Shown here: in pieces, positions 20,221 through 29,520 of the stretch
Position numbering within the stretch: position 1 is the stretch's first letter
Layout of the letters: every line of letters begins with the position of its first letter
Assembly: GCA_964510025.1 (NCBI GenBank)
Contig: CAZDZV010000002.1
Location: forward strand, 1-64,000
DNA: 64,000 nucleotides
Reading direction: 5' to 3'
Origin: an uncultured Methanosarcinales archaeon
Lineage (GTDB): Archaea; Nanobdellota; Nanobdellia; Woesearchaeales; DATDXC01
Notes under the pieces: generated by a model
What the model was told of the DNA's origin: nothing
Seen by the model: the letters and a program-made list of their open reading frames with translations, nothing else
The model's database searches: none
Made by a program: the position numbers and the translations under genes

Positions 20221-23200
20221 ACAGTTTCACCATGATGAACACAATAGCCGCCATTACTACAAGAACTACAAATGCTATAGCAGACAAAACCGGTTTGTCT
20301 GCATAGGGCACTGCCTCTTGAAATGACTCTTCTTCTTTGTCTTCAGCGATATCTGCAGGCTGATCCTCCCCTGTTTGTTCCTGCTGCACTTCAGCTGTTG
20401 CTTCCTGGACCAGCTCCTGCTCAAGCCTTTTTCCGACTATTGCGAATATGGAAAATTCAGGGACCTCTGATTCAAAATAGTAGCTGTCTGAATCCTGAGA
20501 TTTAAGCTGGGTGGGAAGAGATGTCCAGTTGCCATCGAATCTTCGCAGCTCCACAGTGGCCGGATCATAGCCCTCTGATTTTGGGATCCTAAATCTGACC
20601 AGGGCTTGCTGCATATTTGAGGAAGATATCTTGGCAAGGGTGATCCTAAGATAGGCTACAACATCAATATCCCCGATAGGCTCTGCCACACCTGGATCAT
20701 CGCCTGTGTTATGCGCAGTCACAGATGAGGCTGTCACTGTCCTTTTTACCGAAATCTCTATTCCTGTTATGAGCAGGTCTTCAGCTGTGAACTCAGCCAA
20801 CGCTGCCTGACCTGAGTTTATCCTGCCTATCTTGACTGTCTCAGAAGTCGCTGTCTTGACAGCTGCTCCGCCACCGCCTCCTCCGCCACCGCCTCCTCCG
20901 GTCCCGCCGTCATCACCACCCTCAGGGGCCACATATATGCCCCTGACACCTGAATGGTTCAGCCCTGTGATCTCAAACCTGGTGCCGATGAGGGTGCAGG
21001 AATATTGGCCCAATGAGCCTGTGCACGGAACCCTGGACTCATTTGATCCTGAGCAGTCAGAGCTAATGTCATCCAACGAGCCGACGTTGTAATCTGCTAT
21101 GCATACATGGTTGAAGTTGCTGTCTGACCTGTTGATCAGGACGGTCTTTGTCGTGTTCTGGGAAAGGGTGTTAAGATGCTGTATGAGTATGGTGCCGTTC
21201 TCCGGAGCATAGTCAACTGTCCAGTTTAGGACCAGGGAAGAGTTGCTGAAGTTCCAGCTAAAGATTACTATGGTGTTATTCCTGTAATCAGTAAGGTTCA
21301 CTGATAGTGTGCCGTTCAGAACTCTGGTGATATTTGCGGAACCATTGACAAAGATGTTAAGAGGGAGGGTGGTGTTTAAGGTAGAGGCGTTGCCATGGAG
21401 GGTGTCAGAATTGTCATCCAGGCCGTCATTATCATCATCTGTATCGTTAAAGTCAGGGCTTCCATCATTGTCCAGATCCTGCGCATTGAGCACAGTCACG
21501 ATGACAGTCCTGTTCCCGGCATCAGTGCTGTCGGTTACGTTGAGCATCACATGATAGATGCCTTCTTCGCTCAGGTTTGTCTCCCAGACAAAGAGGTTGT
21601 CATCCTGGCTGAAATGGCTGTCATTGATGCCGTATGTCAGAGCCTCCTGGTCTGAATCAGATGCTGTTACTGTTATCGAAACATTGTTGGTCTCATTCAC
21701 AGTTATGTCAGCTATCTCGGATATTACAGGCACCGCATTTCTCACCGCGATGGATTCCCAGACAGTAGAGTTTAGGTTGTTGTAGGTGTCGTTTGAATGG
21801 AACCTGCACTGAAAGGTCTTGCCTTTTGAGATTGTGATATTATAGCTTTGGTTAAAGCTGTAGCTTGGTGCAGAGGCGTTCACAAAGGAGTAGTTGACCA
21901 TGCTTCCGGTATGGTTGCTCTCGAACCATATATAGTCTAAATTCCTGTCGTCCAGGAAGGTTATGTTTGCAGTGAAGTTGATATTGCTGTTGAAGAGCCC
22001 ATTAGTCATATTGCTGAAATAAAGAGGGGAGCTGTTGTCAACAAAGTGCAGGGGAAGATAGTCTGTGTTGTTTAGCGAGAGGTTCAGGAGATCATCACAG
22101 AGGCTGTCTTTCTCAGGATCCTTGCAGCTCTCGCTGATGCCTGTTGCATTTGGATATGCCCAGTAGTTGCCGCCTATCCTTACACCCCCGATAATATTGG
22201 GGCCTGTCTGGTTTGTAGTGTTCCAGTAGTTGAAATAAGCCTGGCTGAGATTATAGTTCTGGGTGTTGTTGAACAGGTTATCAAAGATACGGTTGTAGTC
22301 TGACAGGATAGAGATGCCGAAATCTGTGCTGGACACGATAGTGTTTTTTGTTATGGTGTTTCCGTAGATGCTTCCTGAGCCGCTTTCTTTTTCCATTGAT
22401 ACACCATACCTGTTATTCCTGATTGTGCAGCTTGACAGCGTGTTGTTTACGCTCTCGAAATAATATATACCAGAAGAGGATGAATTGGATATGAAAGAAT
22501 CATTAATCGTGATATTCCTGCTCTGATACATGTATACTCCGCTGTACAGGCCTGTAAGGTTGACTGATTCCAGAATCATATTGTAAGACCTTTCGATCAA
22601 GAGCATATTATTTCCAAAGGGAAGATTGTCTATTGTCAGGTTGCTTATGGTCGAATAGTTGGCATTGCAGAAGATGATATAAGAAACGTTGTCCCAGCCT
22701 TCAACAGCAACTGTATCGTTTATATAGGCGATTGGCTTATCTTTCGTGCCTGTTATATTATCCACTATATTGTTGCAGTCAGATTTTGCAGCTGTCCTTA
22801 TGTAAAGGTCAGCCCTTGAGCTGTTTTTTATAGTCAAGTCGGCGATATGGTTTTCAGAGCTTTGGTTTATCAGCAGGCCATAGACAGTATTGTTGATGAG
22901 CCGGGAGCTCCGCACTGTGTTATTTTTTGCAAGATAAATATGGATGCCTTTTTGGTTGCTTCGAAAAGCTGAGTCAACTATGGTATTGTTTGAGCTGGTG
23001 TCAAGATATAGGCCATCGCCGGTATTCGAGGTCGCATTTAGGCCAGCTATAGTGTTGCCGTGCGACTGCCTGATATAGACAGCTGATCTTTCCCATCTTT
23101 CCAGAGTGCAGTTCCTTATAGTGATATTGGTATCTCTTGAACCAGAGCTGTAGATATATATGCCATATTCAGCTGCCCCATCGCCCTGTATCTTATGCCC

Positions 23201-24661
23201 CTGACAGTCGAATGTGGTGTTGCCTGCAGAAATGTTGATGCATCTGGAGCTGGAAGAGCCTAGAATATCCTCGTACATAGCATATGTTCCCGAGATGTTG
23301 ATATCGATGCAATCTGTCACCCGGGTCTCCAAGACTGACTGTACAGCTGAATAGATGTCTATCCTTGGGAAGGACAGGCCAGAACCCGCATCCTCTATTT
23401 CTGCCCCAGTAACATTGAGTATATCCCTTATCTGAAAAGGGGTCAGGTTAGTATCATTATATAGTCTAGCAGCCTGCTTTACCAGGGCGGCTGCGCCTGC
23501 AACATGGGGGGTTGCCATAGATGTCCCTTCTTTTGACTGTACCCATGTCTTTACACCGCAGTCTCCTGCCAATGAGCATGGATACGCAGACCATATGTCC
23601 ACTCCCGGAGCCAGAAGGTCCAGAAGCTGATTCCTGTTTGTGAATGGGGCCATTGTGTCGGAATCTTGGGTTGCGCCGACCGATGTGACATTTGAAGCGC
23701 AGGCAGGATAGCTTATATATCCTGTATAGTAATCATTTCCAGAAGCCACAGAGACAAATATTCCGTTTGCAGTGGCATTATTCAGCATGGCTGCTCCGAG
23801 AAAACTGTCGCAGTAGCTTGAGTTGTCTTCAGCCCCATCACCAATGCTCATGCTTATAACAGATATATTATATTCCTCAGAGTGGTTAGTGCACCACTTA
23901 GCTGCTTTTGCATAGTCTGCTTCAGCGCATGCTCCGGATGAGTTGCAGACCTTCACGATGACAAGTTTTGCTCCAAAAGCAACGCCGCTGAAGGTCTTTG
24001 AGGTAGAGGCAACTGTACCGGCAACATGGGTCCCGTGGGAATGGTCATCATCGGCATCTGTGTCTTCTATCTGGTTGTTTGGGCAGCAGCCTCCCGAACC
24101 TTCGTCTGAGACGCTGCAGTAACAATGCTGCGCCAGGATCCTGTCATCTAAAAATTCGTGTGAATCATCTACCCCTGTATCCAGGATGCACACAGTCTCA
24201 TAAAGACCTGTAATGTTCGTGCCAGAGTGTGCTATCGGCCACGCCAGGTCAGCTCTTATTATCCCATTAGATGAATTCATCAGCACATAGCCAATCCTTT
24301 CCTCATAGATTTTTTCGATATTTGGATCATGCTGCAGCTGCTGATATTCCTCATGTGATATGTCTGCTGAATATGCCCTTGAGAACTTGTGGATCACAGT
24401 GGGGCTTGCTGAAGCCTTGATCTTAGTGTTGGGGGCCCTGTCTTTCAGCATCACTATCACCCTGATTTTTTCCTGTTGTGCCAGCTTTTCTGGTATTGAT
24501 GACTGTATCACAGGGGAGCTGTCGCTTAGCTGGAAGAATTCAGCCTGCTGTTGGGGGATCTTTTCCTGCAGCGTGACCTTAGCCAGAGCCTTATATCCGG
24601 AATCTGCCTGAGAGTATAAGATGCATAATATTAGCAATAAAAAAAATACCCCCTTTTTCAT
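20204..24661 (-). CDS. Membrane-anchored S8 subtilisin-like protease with NosD-like beta-helix and PGF-pre-PGF-like domain
   Basis: Signal peptide; ILDTG, HGTHVAG, GTSMATPHVAG; beta-helix repeats, GGNYW, poly-Gly linker, FSIFAIVG, C-terminal TM helix. Confidence 0.9.
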   Translation of the reverse strand: MKKGVFFLLLILCILYSQADSGYKALAKVTLQEKIPQQQAEFFQLSDSSPVIQSSIPEKLAQQEKIRVIVMLKDRAPNTKIKASASPTVIHKFSRAYSADISHEEYQQLQHDPNIEKIYEERIGYVLMNSSNGIIRADLAWPIAHSGTNITGLYETVCILDTGVDDSHEFLDDRILAQHCYCSVSDEGSGGCCPNNQIEDTDADDDHSHGTHVAGTVASTSKTFSGVAFGAKLVIVKVCNSSGACAEADYAKAAKWCTNHSEEYNISVISMSIGDGAEDNSSYCDSFLGAAMLNNATANGIFVSVASGNDYYTGYISYPACASNVTSVGATQDSDTMAPFTNRNQLLDLLAPGVDIWSAYPCSLAGDCGVKTWVQSKEGTSMATPHVAGAAALVKQAARLYNDTNLTPFQIRDILNVTGAEIEDAGSGLSFPRIDIYSAVQSVLETRVTDCIDINISGTYAMYEDILGSSSSRCINISAGNTTFDCQGHKIQGDGAAEYGIYIYSSGSRDTNITIRNCTLERWERSAVYIRQSHGNTIAGLNATSNTGDGLYLDTSSNNTIVDSAFRSNQKGIHIYLAKNNTVRSSRLINNTVYGLLINQSSENHIADLTIKNSSRADLYIRTAAKSDCNNIVDNITGTKDKPIAYINDTVAVEGWDNVSYIIFCNANYSTISNLTIDNLPFGNNMLLIERSYNMILESVNLTGLYSGVYMYQSRNITINDSFISNSSSSGIYYFESVNNTLSSCTIRNNRYGVSMEKESGSGSIYGNTITKNTIVSSTDFGISILSDYNRIFDNLFNNTQNYNLSQAYFNYWNTTNQTGPNIIGGVRIGGNYWAYPNATGISESCKDPEKDSLCDDLLNLSLNNTDYLPLHFVDNSSPLYFSNMTNGLFNSNINFTANITFLDDRNLDYIWFESNHTGSMVNYSFVNASAPSYSFNQSYNITISKGKTFQCRFHSNDTYNNLNSTVWESIAVRNAVPVISEIADITVNETNNVSITVTASDSDQEALTYGINDSHFSQDDNLFVWETNLSEEGIYHVMLNVTDSTDAGNRTVIVTVLNAQDLDNDGSPDFNDTDDDNDGLDDNSDTLHGNASTLNTTLPLNIFVNGSANITRVLNGTLSVNLTDYRNNTIVIFSWNFSNSSLVLNWTVDYAPENGTILIQHLNTLSQNTTKTVLINRSDSNFNHVCIADYNVGSLDDISSDCSGSNESRVPCTGSLGQYSCTLIGTRFEITGLNHSGVRGIYVAPEGGDDGGTGGGGGGGGGGGAAVKTATSETVKIGRINSGQAALAEFTAEDLLITGIEISVKRTVTASSVTAHNTGDDPGVAEPIGDIDVVAYLRITLAKISSSNMQQALVRFRIPKSEGYDPATVELRRFDGNWTSLPTQLKSQDSDSYYFESEVPEFSIFAIVGKRLEQELVQEATAEVQQEQTGEDQPADIAEDKEEESFQEAVPYADKPVLSAIAFVVLVVMAAIVFIMVKLFRKEL

Positions 24662-24697
24662 TCTGATGCTGAATTATCGGCTGATATATAAGTTTTT

Positions 24698-25603
24698 TCA
24701 GGTCCAGAGCTGCGGTCCTGGCTTTTGGGTAAAGGCAGAGCCTATACCCTTTCCTATGAAATAGGATTTCTCATTCATGACTGTACCGATCACATCCAGA
24801 AATGTCCTCCTGGTGATCATCTCATTTACTTCAGCTGTGATATTCAGCTGATGCTCTATATGTTCAATTGCCTCCTGTCTCCCCCCGAAGCTGTCTATCA
24901 GCCCAATATCTTTTGCCTCCACACCCAGATAAAGCCTTGCTGTTGAAATCTCCTCCAGCGCCTCTTCGGTCAGGTTCCTGTTCTCTGCCACATCCTCGAC
25001 AAAATAATCATGTATAATGCTGAGCTGGTGCTCAAAAAGCTGCTGCTCTTCATAGGTCATCTCCTTGAAAGGACTTCCAAGATCCTTATATTTTCCAGAT
25101 ACCAGGCGCTGATATGTAACATTATAATCCTGCAGCAGGCCTGAGAATTCAAGGTAAGAGGCAACCACACCGACCGAACCGAGCATCGAGAACCTGCTGG
25201 AGAGTATGTAGTCTGATGCCGAAGCAATCCAATATGCTCCTGACGCTCCAACCTCCCTTATGTATGCGACTGTAGGCTTATCTGCTGCCTTCACCGCATT
25301 CACTATCTCTTCTGATGCGACGACGGTTCCTCCTGGGCTGTTTATCTCGAATATGATAGCTTTGACATTTTCAGCCTCATCTGCCCTTTCTATCTTCCTT
25401 ATGATGTCTGCTGCCGAGGAGATATCCTGGTCAAAAAAACCAGCGCCGTCTGAAAGCAATATTCCCGTTACAGGTATGAGCGCGACATTCCCTGAAACAG
25501 GTTTCTCTGCTACTACAAAAAGGGAGACTATGGCTGCGATAAAGGATGTGAACAAGAACAGCACAACCAAAAAGATAACTATAAAGATCCATTTCTTATT
25601 CAT
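24698..25603 (-). CDS. sppA: Signal peptide peptidase SppA (S49)
   Basis: INSPGG, ASGAYWIAS, GSVGV, SGKYKD. Confidence 0.93.
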   Translation of the reverse strand: MNKKWIFIVIFLVVLFLFTSFIAAIVSLFVVAEKPVSGNVALIPVTGILLSDGAGFFDQDISSAADIIRKIERADEAENVKAIIFEINSPGGTVVASEEIVNAVKAADKPTVAYIREVGASGAYWIASASDYILSSRFSMLGSVGVVASYLEFSGLLQDYNVTYQRLVSGKYKDLGSPFKEMTYEEQQLFEHQLSIIHDYFVEDVAENRNLTEEALEEISTARLYLGVEAKDIGLIDSFGGRQEAIEHIEHQLNITAEVNEMITRRTFLDVIGTVMNEKSYFIGKGIGSAFTQKPGPQLWT

Positions 25604-25775
25604 CTTTACCACCTTTGGATATCTCAAAGACAGTCTTTTTCTTAAGCTTTTCAAGAATCTGGCTTTTTGCCATCTCAAGTAGCCCTACTGTCTCCTGGGG
25701 CGTCATGTTCTTCACCTTTATCTGGGTCTGTATCCCCTTCTCAACTATGTTGAATCTTATAGCAAGTTCCTTCAT
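25596..25775 (-). CDS. Small hypothetical protein
   Basis: ~59-aa ORF tightly packed between the RDD gene and sppA. Confidence 0.55.
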   Translation of the reverse strand: MKELAIRFNIVEKGIQTQIKVKNMTPQETVGLLEMAKSQILEKLKKKTVFEISKGGKDE

Positions 25776-25776
25776 T

Positions 25777-26265
25777 TTATACCTCATAATACTCTATTGC
25801 TTTTGTTTTTGCGATAATATCGCTAAATCTCCTGTTCTCCCTTGTGAATATTGCATATAATGGATCTATCACCCAAAGCAGGACAAAAGGAATGAAAGGC
25901 AGTAGAAAAAGGTTTCTAATCAGGCACTGCCAGTATGTCAGTTTCCTATTTTCAGACACTATAGAAATGCCTGCTATCATCTTGCCTATTGTCTGGCCGA
26001 ACCTGTACTCAAGCACTGAAAAATAGATTATGGCGATGGCAGCTATCACTATGGAGACAGCTGTCAGGAGGGATGTGGGTGCAGTACTGATAAGGTTAAA
26101 AGCAGAGCTGCTGCCAGGGATAACGCTGCGGATGACGGTTTCCAGAGGAGAGACAATGAAGCTTACTATGATTATATCAGCGATGAAGGCAAGAAACCGT
26201 TTGATAATGTTAGCTGGAACCTTTGTCTTTCTTTGTTTTGGAAGGTTTAATCTTCTGGATGGCAT
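25777..26265 (-). CDS. RDD-family membrane protein
   Basis: KRFLAFIAD, GQTIGK, IRN, RRFSDIIAKT. Confidence 0.88.
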   Translation of the reverse strand: MPSRRLNLPKQRKTKVPANIIKRFLAFIADIIIVSFIVSPLETVIRSVIPGSSSAFNLISTAPTSLLTAVSIVIAAIAIIYFSVLEYRFGQTIGKMIAGISIVSENRKLTYWQCLIRNLFLLPFIPFVLLWVIDPLYAIFTRENRRFSDIIAKTKAIEYYEV

Positions 26266-26339
26266 CTTCCAGAAGCAAACTGGCTTTCTTTAAAAATGTT
26301 CCGACAGTTTTATAAACAATATCTTTTTTCTTAGAAGAA

Positions 26340-26684
26340 ATGAGCCAAAAGAAAGAACAGCAGGCAATTAAAGACAAGATACTGGCAGAGATCAGCAGGA
26401 TAAAGCTGCCAAGAGGCAGGGAAGTGTTTGGTGTTGTGCAGCAGCGTCTTGGGGGCTCAAGGATGGAAGTCAGGTGCTTAGATGGGAAAAGCAGGATATG
26501 CAGGATCCCTGGCAGGCTTAAGAGAAGATTATGGGTCAGGGCCGGCGACATAGTTGTGGTAGAGCCATGGGAATACAGTGGAGATAGAAAAGGAGATATC
26601 ATATATAAATACACCAGGGCCCAGGTTGAATTCTTGAAAAGGAAAGGGCACCTGAAACAGATGGATGAGTGGGAAGAATTTTAA
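26340..26684 (+). CDS. eif1a: Archaeal translation initiation factor aIF-1A
   Basis: LGGSRM.V.C.DGK.R.CRIPGRLKRRLWV..GD. Confidence 0.96.
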   Translation: MSQKKEQQAIKDKILAEISRIKLPRGREVFGVVQQRLGGSRMEVRCLDGKSRICRIPGRLKRRLWVRAGDIVVVEPWEYSGDRKGDIIYKYTRAQVEFLKRKGHLKQMDEWEEF

Positions 26685-26736
26685 CTACTCTAGAATAGAA
26701 ATATTTATAAAGTTAGAGACTTTTCTGTAGGTTACA

Positions 26737-27264
26737 ATGGGGGATATCACCGGAAGGTTTTTTGTTCTTGATGTGATACTTCTATTTGTCTTCATCGGAC
26801 TGATCAGCATGGTATTCAGCCTGAGCAGGATATCTTTCGTAGGTGTTTTGGCAATACTTATAGTCCTGATGTTCTTTGCGTTTATCTCAGTGATGGGAGT
26901 CTACAGGAACAGAAACTGGGGCTTTATACTTCTTTCATCTGTGTTTGTAGCCATCCTTATCGGACTGATGATAGTGTATTCTATAAGAAGCACTATCAGC
27001 AGCAGGTTTGTCACGATAGCTATATTGAGCGCCCTAGGCTTTGTGATTGCTGTATCTGGCATAAAAAAGAAGGCTGTGCGTAAAGAAGAAGTGGAAAAGG
27101 TGTACACCAACTTCGAGCCTGGAAAATATGTAGCAAGCAAGGTAGGAAACACATACCATAGGCCAAGATGCGAGTGGGCAACGAAGATCAAGCCCAAGAA
27201 CAGGATATGGTTCCAGGATGAAAAAGAGGCCAAGAAGAAGTTCAAGCCTCATTCATGCATTTGA
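26737..27264 (+). CDS. Four-TM membrane protein with Ada-like C-terminal domain
   Basis: Four hydrophobic helices, then YVASK...YH...C.W...IKPKNRIWF. Confidence 0.65.
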   Translation: MGDITGRFFVLDVILLFVFIGLISMVFSLSRISFVGVLAILIVLMFFAFISVMGVYRNRNWGFILLSSVFVAILIGLMIVYSIRSTISSRFVTIAILSALGFVIAVSGIKKKAVRKEEVEKVYTNFEPGKYVASKVGNTYHRPRCEWATKIKPKNRIWFQDEKEAKKKFKPHSCI

Positions 27265-27689
27265 TCCTTCAAGAGAGATATCACCAGGACAATCGCTCCT
27301 ATTGTTATTGCTGCATCTGCTATATTGAAAGCGGGCCATATCCTGAAATCTATGAAATCTATAACATAGCCGAAGAATATTCTTGACAACAGGTTGCCTA
27401 TGGCTCCTGCTATTATCAATGCTATGGCTGCCCGGGGCAATGGCCTGTCCGGGACCTTATCGTAGTTCCATAGGATCAGCCCGAGAATCATTATTGTGAG
27501 CCATATGAGCAGGGAGTTGGTGCCTTTGAGTATGCCAAAGCCAGCTCCTGTATTCTGGATATAGGTAAGGTGGAAGATATCCCGTATTATTGGGATAGAC
27601 TGATGAAGATTAAGGTTCTTTACTATAAGGTATTTGGTGAGCTGGTCAACGAGAACAGATATTGATATTATCGATAGTGCCTTTTTCAT
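27249..27689 (-). CDS. lspA: Signal peptidase II (LspA) homolog
   Basis: DQLTK, N.GAGFG, GAIGNL, VIDFI, FNIAD. Confidence 0.9.
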   Translation of the reverse strand: MKKALSIISISVLVDQLTKYLIVKNLNLHQSIPIIRDIFHLTYIQNTGAGFGILKGTNSLLIWLTIMILGLILWNYDKVPDRPLPRAAIALIIAGAIGNLLSRIFFGYVIDFIDFRIWPAFNIADAAITIGAIVLVISLLKDQMHE

Positions 27690-27699
27690 AGAAATAAGA

Positions 27700-28092
27700 T
27701 TACCATCCCCTTTTTCTTTCGCCGGACGCTATCCTCTCCAGGTTAGCTATGCGCTGGTTTATCACTTCCAAAGCAGCTTTTATGGTATCCAGCTTATAAG
27801 ACAATAGTTCAATGTCTTTGCTTATATCCTGGTGTGGCTGCTGGGGAGCCTGGGGCATCATCGGCGTAGTCTGGAAGCCGGGCGGGGCTGACTGCTGCTG
27901 GCTGAAAGGATTTTGGATATTGTTGTCAAAATTATACTCATTGCCTTGCGGCGGCGTATTCGCCGGAAGGCCCGGATTCATGTTCGGCATTCCCAGGTTA
28001 TTGTTCTGAAAGCTGCCTGGGTTGAACTGATTGTCAAAGTCAGAGAAATCATCGCTCTTTTTCCAGAACATAAGCTTATCCAAAAATGCCAT
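27700..28092 (-). CDS. Hypothetical protein with N/P/Q-rich region and C-terminal coiled coil
   Basis: Low-complexity core; KDIELLSYKLDTIKAALE.INQRI..LE. Confidence 0.7.
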   Translation of the reverse strand: MAFLDKLMFWKKSDDFSDFDNQFNPGSFQNNNLGMPNMNPGLPANTPPQGNEYNFDNNIQNPFSQQQSAPPGFQTTPMMPQAPQQPHQDISKDIELLSYKLDTIKAALEVINQRIANLERIASGERKRGW

Positions 28093-28124
28093 AGGGGCCT
28101 GATATCATTTGTGATATATAAATC

Positions 28125-28760
28125 TTATTGTTTATATACTGAATAGGAATACCAGAACAGGTAGATTATGCTGGCCAGTACCGAAACCAGTATTATCCAG
28201 ACCGCTATTGTGGGAAAAAAAAGAGAGGCTAACAGAACCAATGCAATAATCTTGAATACCTTTGATCCCATCTCGTGGGTCTTTTTCCAGACCTTGTCAT
28301 TGGCCAGAGCCCATGGCGTCCTAATACCGATGAAGTAGTTCCTTTTGACGGTCCTTATCAGATCACCCATTATGAAGAAAAGCATGGCCAGCGCAGGCAT
28401 GATAAAGTACATCATGTTGAAAGGATAGTACATCTGAAGAAGGACAGCTATATGAAGTGCAGCTAGAAAGAGCACCAATGAAGTTTTTATCCAGATATAC
28501 CTTGGAAGGAAATCCCTGATGTTTTTCTTGAAAACAGCTACAAAAGGTACAGCTGAAAGGAGTATGTAGACAAAAGCAGCAAGAATAGGTACAAAAAGCA
28601 CGCCCATAAACTTTGAGCCATAGCCGTCTGGCCTTCCATCAGCGCCCCAGTGCACCGGCACCATGCCGTGCTCATCTGTTGGTATGGTCGGATAGATATA
28701 TATAGACAAGATGACCAAAGACATTATGACAAGTATAGGTATTATCTCTCTTTTTTCCAT
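28125..28760 (-). CDS. SdpI/DUF1648-family membrane protein
   Basis: VPVHW...G.PDGY, RNYFIGIRTPWAL....W.KTH. Confidence 0.88.
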   Translation of the reverse strand: MEKREIIPILVIMSLVILSIYIYPTIPTDEHGMVPVHWGADGRPDGYGSKFMGVLFVPILAAFVYILLSAVPFVAVFKKNIRDFLPRYIWIKTSLVLFLAALHIAVLLQMYYPFNMMYFIMPALAMLFFIMGDLIRTVKRNYFIGIRTPWALANDKVWKKTHEMGSKVFKIIALVLLASLFFPTIAVWIILVSVLASIIYLFWYSYSVYKQ

Positions 28761-28844
28761 TATTTCTTAATATTTGGTTTATACTATAAATAGTTATTTA
28801 TTTTGGAAAAGTTTATATATAAATAAACAGGGTATTAGTATAAA

Positions 28845-29519
28845 ATCAAAAAGGGGACAGTTGAGCTAAACCTGAATCTGATAGTCATCATAATAATACT
28901 GGTAGCTTTGCTCTTCCTGATGAGCTTTTTTATGGGGAGCTCATTAAATGCAGGCGAGAAAAAGATAGGGGCAATCCTATCAAGAGAGCTCGAGCCGACT
29001 ACGCCGACGGAAAGCAACCCGTTGACGCTATCCAGGGAAAGCATCAAGACAGAAGCTGGAAGCACAGAAGCAATAAAGGTGAAGGTGCTGAATCCAACAG
29101 GCGAGGATTGGACAGCAAGATATGACCTGTATTCTGGATTCCAGGGTTGCGGGGCATCTGACAGGATATGCTACAAGGTTGATTGCGAAGATGATCCTGA
29201 CTGCCCTGCTGAGTGCGGAGAAGACGGCCACTGCCTGTGGAGCGATGGTTGTGAGAGCGGGGATCCCAGGGAGATGCAGGATTGCGGGCCGCAGGATGGT
29301 GTTGATATTTTGGTCAGGTGTGACAATGAGCTTAAGATCACAGAGGTTTCAAACCCAAAGATGATATTATCCAATGAGATCCAGGAATTCACAACTATCT
29401 TCAGGATAGGGAAAGATGTTGAGGGAAGGTATCTTTGCAATGTGAAGCTCTTCGGCAACAAGGTGGATGGAAGCCATATCGCCGGGATGACAAGAGACAT
29501 AACAGTGGAGGTCATCTAA
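28845..29519 (+). CDS. Cys-rich surface protein with class III-like signal peptide; start codon uncertain (ATC?)
   Basis: In-frame IKKG-TVELNLNLIVIIIILVALL lies upstream of the track's TTG start; no in-frame ATG before the hydrophobic segment. Confidence 0.65.
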   Translation: MKKGTVELNLNLIVIIIILVALLFLMSFFMGSSLNAGEKKIGAILSRELEPTTPTESNPLTLSRESIKTEAGSTEAIKVKVLNPTGEDWTARYDLYSGFQGCGASDRICYKVDCEDDPDCPAECGEDGHCLWSDGCESGDPREMQDCGPQDGVDILVRCDNELKITEVSNPKMILSNEIQEFTTIFRIGKDVEGRYLCNVKLFGNKVDGSHIAGMTRDITVEVI

Positions 29520-29520
29520 G

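Noticed and set aside
20866..20925. CCGCCACCGCCTCCT-type tandem repeat
   Set aside because: It encodes the poly-Gly linker of the S8 surface protein.
28125..28760. SdpI-like gene as immunity for the split-Hint cargos
   Set aside because: A common stand-alone family; only proximity links it.
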